A stretch of 64,000 nt of DNA from Octopus vulgaris (lineage: Eukaryota): NCBI GenBank assembly GCA_951406725.2, contig OX597830.1, forward strand, positions 1,054,001 to 1,118,000, written 5' to 3'. The notes beneath the pieces were generated by a model. The model saw nothing but the letters and a program-made list of their open reading frames with translations. It was not told the origin of the DNA and did no database searches. Of the stretch, positions 56,609 through 64,000 are shown piece after piece (position 1 is the stretch's first letter; each line of letters begins with the position of its first letter). The position numbers and the translations under genes are program-made.

Positions 56609-58950
56609 CATATATATATGTTCGTTTCACCACCGTTTAACGGTGAATAGATTCAATGTCTTAGATACATACAAGCAAATATAAACCCACCTATACATAT
56701 GTACAAGCACATACAATCATATACACACATATATACGCATAATCTTACAGTATACTCATTTATACGTTTTTCTATCTACACATACATACATACATGTATA
56801 AGTTTCTATTTTCACAGACAACGGTTAAAGTCAAATACTTGTCATTTTGTATTTTTTTTTATACTTGCAAACATTATATAAAATTTGGAGCACAAACAAC
56901 AAACATTTTCAAAGATATGAACGAAATATTCTTTTTGTATACGCATGTGCAAAAGTGATTTCATGATCGTACATTATAAAATTTTATATTCATCGTGCTC
57001 TGACACTTGTTTTGCCGACCCTGGACTCGTAGAGGATTTAGATGTTTGTATATATAATTAATGCTCAGCATTTCATATCAGAATTTACTCTAGAATCACA
57101 GACGCACACACACATACATATACACCTACTTGCATTCATATATACTTATACACAAGCACACGCATACATGCAGACACGGACACACACACACAATCCGTAT
57201 GTTGCTATTTGATCATATTAACATATTTAAATTCATTAATATTGACTATAGGTTTTCATATAATAATTTTATTCAAAATGGCTTGTGGGAATATGAAGAT
57301 TGATGTAGGGAAAAAGCATACATTAATATATCTATAAATATCGGCGACCTTTTAAGTAGTGTTCGGAAAAGTGGGAAGAAGGACAACGAACAAGTTTACC
57401 ATTGTTTTTCTGTGATTCAATTGATGAAGACAAGTTGAAATCTCTTGGATGCGATATGTAATGAAAGTGATGTGTACATTTCATTAGATGTGACAGAATC
57501 AATTCAGATTTAACTGAGTGCATATGAAAATCGATAATATATTATTCAATTTTTAACTCTGTTCCATTATTGCAAGAAATACTCTCACTTTCACGTGGCT
57601 CAGAAATTCAATATACAAATAAAAATAGTATACACTATTTCAAGGGTTGGCTCACTTTTAGACACTTTAGATCCCCACCTGTTATTGAGACTGTGAAAGT
57701 GGTTAGGAAGGTAATTTCAATTGACCAAGACAAAGCGTAATTTAAAGTTTCTAAACTTTCTAGTCTATTAGTCGAAACTTAGTCGGTTTCATATCTAGAG
57801 TGCATTAACAACAGAATCTTTGTGACATTCGAATAATCAATGTGAATTATTTTACTAAGTCTTGCACGGTTTCCATTTCTGTTGAATATAAATTCCAAAG
57901 ATTGATTGATATTCTGGAGAGAAAGTTCCTTCCGAGACTGAATTTAATGGTTGTGCGACTGCATGTGTTTCTGCTTTGGTAAGATTACTAAAACACTCTG
58001 AAATTTCCTTCATTAAGCTAAATGTAAATAAACAAATTATACACGACTGGAAGCATTCTTAGCGAAAGCAAATTCTTTGCTACCCTATTTTCCAATATTC
58101 CAAATTATCATATAACCAAACAATATAATGTTTGCCATTATGCCGCTGTAATTTCCGAACTGAAGGTTTTGCTAGAAATCGTAAAAAGAAGGATATTCAT
58201 AATATTGTTTATGCGTTAGTCTCTAGAAGTAACAGAAATGAACTAAAGAAAAATCTAAGATCATGCTTGCATGGTAAAACATTCCTAGTCACAAATAATT
58301 ACAAAGGTACCATAATGACCAAACGAAATACAAAAATAATGATGGTAGCAGTAGGTTTGACTACATCAATTCTTGCATATGATTCTTAACAAATGTGAGT
58401 ATTTAACATTTTTCACAGCTCATTTACAGAAACTGCAATGCGTCAAAATATTGTTCTCATTTAATGCTGAAAGCTTTCCAACTCTTTTGACCTCTCCTAA
58501 ATTTTTATCCCGTAGAAACAAACCTGATTACTGAATGTTAATCTTCTTCAGAAATTCAGAAGCAAACCGAAAATGGTTCAATCATGGTTAAGGAAATAAC
58601 AATAGTTGAGGTTTCTTATTCAAGCTTACACCAAAGTGACGAAAATAGAACTTGGTCTAGTGAAGATTCGTGCAACTAATATTCTCGCCAATAGGAAAAA
58701 AAATGCGTTTAATATTGTTAACTCAAATTGGCAGCAAAAAGCCTCCCCAAGTTAACGTGAAAGACGACCCAGTTGAGAATCACGGGAATACAAAAGAAAC
58801 TAGTTAACCATACGCTATATGCGAGGTTATATGTGGAATAACCTGTTCCTTATGTTGAAAATTTATCAATCATAACTTAACATAAAGATTTGTACTAATC
58901 TGTTATACTCATTTATTTCACCGTTTTTTTTTTTTTGTATATACATTCTC

Positions 58951-59130
58951 TTGTGTCTGGGGAGAGTCATTTTCTTTTTGTGCCTTATAATATAACACGC
59001 TCACCGGTAAAATTTCCACTTTTTTCTTATTTTTATTTTCCTAACATTTTCGTTGCGTCTTGCAACCTTTTCAATAATTAGTGTGTTAAATAATAAGGCA
59101 CAAAATGAAAATTACTCTCCCCAGACACAA
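58951..59130. repeat. Old fold-back (48-bp arms 58951-58998 / 59083-59130), likely Penelope terminal-repeat relic
   Basis: ttgtgtctggggagagtcattttc... vs ...gaaaattactctccccagacacaa; loop has a degenerate hammerhead on - (59041-59075). Confidence 0.65.
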
Positions 59131-60077
59131 CAGAATATGTTTGAACACACGAACTCATATAAAGAATCTTGCAAACCAAATCCAAAATCGAAATGTATAT
59201 ACATTATTTTTTTTCATATATTTATCGATTTCTGTTTTTAGTTAATTATCAATTTATCCACCAGATTACAATTTCATTACTTTTTGAAAAAATTTTGAAT
59301 CTCCAGATGAAAGAATGTTTTCGTAAAGTAATAATTTGCTGTCAGATTCTGCCAACCGTCATCTCTACTTTTCAGAGTTCGGTCAATATAGTACCAGTGA
59401 GAAGTTGGGGGTTATTATTATATTTCGAAATTGGCACTTTGCGCTGTGAGACGTGACATACAAGATCAAGTACAGGCCCCCTTCCTAGAGCAAGGGTCAC
59501 TGGGGATTGTCTTCTACGAATTTTTTCACGAGATAGAGTGGGGAGAGTGGGGACTGACCACCGCTTTTCATAGGAAAAAGAGGTATGTTGTTCTACTGGA
59601 TGTGTCGAAGGACGACTTGACATCGGTCAAAGCATGGAATGGAAATACAGAAATAAAGACAATATCTCTCTAGAATGATTTCAATTTCGATGGTATGTAT
59701 GTTAGGAAATCATCCATTACATGGAGCGAGATGATAGCTGAGGAAGAATAATAAAGAGAGCTGAAAAGTAACAACCACGGCAAAAAACCTATGTTTACAA
59801 TAAATAAATAATAAACTTTCTGATTATCTTTATTGGAGTAGAAAGATGGATACAGACTGGTGGGAATTGTATGAAATTACTAATTCCTTTCAGCTGTCAC
59901 ACAGAAGGTGACATCAATTTACTATCTTTCGTAGAAGAAATCTTTCACGTTTTACAAAATCAATTTATATAGTGATATGACATCATTAAAATACCTTCCA
60001 GGGTAACAGACAGAGATAGAGATAGAGAGAGAGAGAGAGTGTGAATGTGTGAGAGAGAGAGAGAGAGAGTGTGTGTA

Positions 60078-60114
<37 letters not shown>

Positions 60115-61593
60115 GCAAATGTATTTAAATTGCATATCTTTACTGAAAAAAAAATCACTTAACGAGAAGCTAATAATGTTAAGGAAGAGAAATTTTAGAT
60201 GTATTTGTATAGGACGATATAGAAAGTTAGGTATGGAGTCTCTCCAGATACGACAGTTGTACAGTTGATTTGACGCCTATCACAATGAGTTGAAAGCTAA
60301 TTAGTCAATATTGCAGATAAACAGTTCCAAGGTGACATTTCTTTATTTCTTAATTACTAATGTTATTTCTTTAATCATTCTTTAAATGTGTGTAAAATAC
60401 TGTCAAATGCCGTTACTCTGTGAGAAGAGTTCCAATAGTGAAAAGGCACAAATAGGGAGACATAAGTCTTCTCCTAAACAGTCATAAACACAGATATAGA
60501 GAGGCATATGCGTATATAAGTATAAGTTATATATGCATACATATAAATGTATATGTATATATGTAAATGTACACACACACACATATCTATACATCACATA
60601 AAACCTAGATTACATGTGAATAAGTGTATGCATCTGTGTGTAGGGGGTTCTCCGCCTGCGTAAATGAAATGGCAAGTGAACTCAGTAGACGACTGAGTTC
60701 CTGACCAAGAGGCCGAGAGTTCAATTCGAGATGCGGGAAATGCGCTGTTTCGTATGTATGTACATATATGTATATTATTTATAAAAAATAAATTAAATTG
60801 AGAGATAGAAAAGGCAATCCAATAATTTATTTATATTGTAATATAAGATACTTTGAACATATAATATAACAATTATTAAAAAAAAAAAAACCCAACATTT
60901 CGTTTCGACTTATATACATTTTTTGTTATTTAAACAATTCAATACCCTTATATATAAGTCTCATCAGGGCAACTGATGTGTAGATAGACGAAATTCCGTG
61001 TGAAAGAATTGCTGGATTGTAAAAAAAATTAATTCAAATAGTTATGTATTCTGAGCGTGACCGTTAGCCATTCAACAACATATAAATTAAAAACACAACA
61101 ACACTATGACAAACGAAATAATTATGAAGAATCTACAACTATCGCAATATATTTCTTTATATCTCGAATAATATCAATCCAAACTCATTTATGTCAAAGA
61201 CAATCTTTCGGTATTACAATAGCATACAATATATGTATATAATTAAGTATCAGGGTCATACTTAATCTAGAAACTTTAATAAAACGTTTTAGCTGGCTCA
61301 AATTTAGAAGTCACTGTCTTCAAGAAGTAAAAAGTAACAAATCAGATTAATATATACATGCTTTTGCTATCATTGAGTAAAATACACACACACACACATA
61401 CATACGTACATATAATATATATATATATATAAAATATTAGAAAAAAACACCTTTTAGCAATTCAAAATGAATGCATACATATATGCATATATACATATAT
61501 AACATACGTATATACATACGTATATACATACATATATACATACATATATATATATACATGCATATGAGGGAGGGAGAGAGAGAGACATATATA

Positions 61594-62822
61594 TCAGGTC
61601 ATCCCATAAGTTCTGTCCGATTTTACCTTTTGTAAAATTGAATGAAATTTAACATTATTTTAGAATGTCTAATGGAATTAAAAATTATTTTTATGCATTT
61701 GTGTACATTTAAACTAATTAAATATAATTTTTTACAAAATAATAGAATTAAAATTTCTGACATGGAAGGATCAAAAGAGCATTTGAGGCACATAATGCTA
61801 TATGAGAACAAAAAATAAAACTCTGCAGCCGAAACGACTCGAAACAAACACTCAGTTTATGGGAAAGAATTGCTTGAATGAAAGAACTTGCAGATGATGG
61901 TTTTCAAAATTCAGAAGTAGAGATTTCAACCCTGAAGATGAAGATCGAACAGGACGTCCAATTGAGTTTCATAAGCTCCTTGAGGCATTACTTGAAGAAA
62001 ATCCTGCATTATCAGTTGAAGAATTGGCAATAAAGCTTAGTTCAAACCATACAACTGTTCATCGTCATCTTCAACAACTTGGAAAATGGGTGCCTCATGA
62101 ATTGTCCGTAAACAACCGAGTTGCCATCTGGTGTGTACTCCATTCTCGCTAACTCATTTCACCCTTTTTGGGATAGCCTTGTCACTGGTGATGAGAAACG
62201 GATCTTCTATCGATATGTTAAACGTCGTAAAGAGTGGCTTGGTAAAAGAGAAAAAGCTCAACCACAACCGAGAGGGAAACTTCACGGGAAAAAGGTTCAT
62301 CTCTCTATCTGGTGGGATTGCAAAGGAGTATTTCACGTTGAATTGTTACCACCTAATGCAACAATCAATGCTCAAGTCTACTGTCAGCAATTAGAGCGTT
62401 TGCACCAAGCTCTGAAGAGAAAAAGACCCGCTTTATTGAATCGAAAAGGAGTGATGTTCCATCAGGACAATGCGCGACCCCACACTGCAAAGATCACATA
62501 ACAGAAGATCGAAGTGCTTGCTTGGGAAAAATTTCCTCATCCACCTTATTCTGCCGACCTTTTTCGTTCTGTCTCATAGTTTACAGAAACACTAGGGGGA
62601 GATAATTTTCGCAAGCCAGGAGGGGGTCGAAACTGACATTTCAGAACTCTTCGATCTGAAACCAAAAGAGTTTTACATTGATGAGATTAAAAAGCTTGTG
62701 AATAGATGGAAGTCCTAGATAATCAGGGAAAATACATTGATGATTAAATTTCAATTAAATATAACATTTGATCACTTGTTTTCTTTATTCAAAATTCGGA
62801 CAGATTTTATGGGATGATCTGA
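61594..62822 (+). mobile_element. Mariner (Tc1/mariner) DNA transposon, full length, decayed
   Basis: TIRs tcaggtcatcccataagttctgtccga / tcggacagattttatgggatgatctga, TA on each side. Confidence 0.92.
61762..62747 (+). pseudogene. Mariner transposase pseudogene
   Basis: WVPHEL, VTGDEK, FHQDNARPH, HPPYSADL; multiple stops and frameshifts. Confidence 0.9.
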
Positions 62823-64000
62823 TACATATGTGTGTGTGTATTAGTCATTGGCGACGGAAGCAGTATTAGTAGCGATCAGCAATCTCTGTATCCTACTAAG
62901 CATGGATGTAATACAAAAGGTCTTAATCATGTGATATTCGTCTGGACAAAGCAGCTAGTAGAGACGCATCGTGCTAAAAAGCTGTTTCTATGTGTGTCTA
63001 TGTGGGGTGGGGTAATTATTTATTACCGACAGAAGTAGGAGTATCGTATGCTTTTGATCAATATATCGAATTCGGAGATGTTATTCTGTCATGTTTATAT
63101 TATGTGAAAGTGTTTATATACAAAATTTAGTAAATAATCTTCAAATCTCCAAGTGACATCGAGTCGTCATCCGAGCTTAACTCAGGCTGTTTAATGTCGA
63201 GTGCAAATCTCGTTCAGGAAAATGCTCTCGTATATCACACGATATTGTGATTCACATTATAGATTTCAAAGTAACCTACAGAATATTAATTGAAATATTT
63301 ATCGATATTTTGAAATACTTCAGAGAAGACTTTTATGTAAAACAAAAAAGAAAATCGATAAACATGAGTTAAGGTATTTAGTTATTGCATCTGTAAATCC
63401 GGTAACAGATGGTTGTTTAGTGGGCAAAATACAGTAGCCTTTAGGCTTTGAAAGTGAAGATAATATGAGAGGAAATCTGAGAAACTGGGAGAGAGTTTCA
63501 AAATCTACTAAACTAGAATCACTTCACGATGATTCGCTTTCGAGTCTGTGCCTCGAAAAGCAGCATCTCCTCTCTTATTCCTTCCTTGCTCATAATGTTC
63601 ATTTATGTCGCCGCCGAATTGGTTGACTGCCACGTAGAATATCTACGGAGGATCTCCTAATAATGGAATAGCCTCCAATACCCTTAGAAGCATTGTGCAT
63701 ATACTTTGGGACTAAAACAGTTAGGAATTAAATGCAGAATATTTTCAGTTGTAATAGATGAATGTGTCGCACATTAATTGCTTGGAATATAAGGAAATAT
63801 GACCTCTGGGCGAGAGAAATTGGATACTAAGCGAATGAGCATTTAATAATTGGATATTGTAATGCACGTTAAGAGAATTTGGCAACCAGATCTTAGTTCC
63901 ACTTTCTTAATGCAAGCTTCAAGTAATATAAATAATTCCTAAAGAGGCTACTATCCAACAGCAGAAAATTTCTCCATGAAACTTTTTGTCTATACTCAAA

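Noticed and set aside
56610-56660. Hammerhead-like hairpin + GAAAC on - strand
   Set aside because: Core box and stem I cannot be identified
59340-59700. Higher-GC island ending in a gtatgt donor-like site (possible host exon)
   Set aside because: No frame stays open to the donor and no recognisable domain
60640-60750. tRNA/SINE-like B-box (gagttcaattc) with small hairpin
   Set aside because: No cloverleaf or convincing A-box; too degenerate to call

Overview
Eukaryotic, AT-rich, repeat-dominated DNA with no recognisable ordinary host gene. The style is compatible with a cephalopod or similar invertebrate genome (inference only). Bases 1-43.5 kb form a nest of retroelements, almost all bounded by (TA)n-rich microsatellite. 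It holds nine copies or fragments of one CR1-group LINE (family A), a near full-length family B whose ORF1 has a Myb/SANT-like domain plus two CCCH fingers, a third family C, and several Penelope-like elements (RT + GIY-YIG). The Penelope terminal repeats carry type I hammerhead ribozymes, including a 483-bp non-coding tandem unit resembling a retrozyme. Bases 44.2-53.5 kb are a head-to-tail array of four ORF1-only (RRM-like + CCHC knuckle, L1/Tx1 ORF1-like) units plus a fifth relic. No EN/RT ORF lies inside or between the units, and three of the four ORFs are intact; this is the most unusual object in the window. Further right are CR1 and R4/Dong-like relics, unique AT-rich DNA and a decayed mariner. 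The many YIYI ORFs are microsatellite artefacts. All alignments and RNA folds were done by eye.
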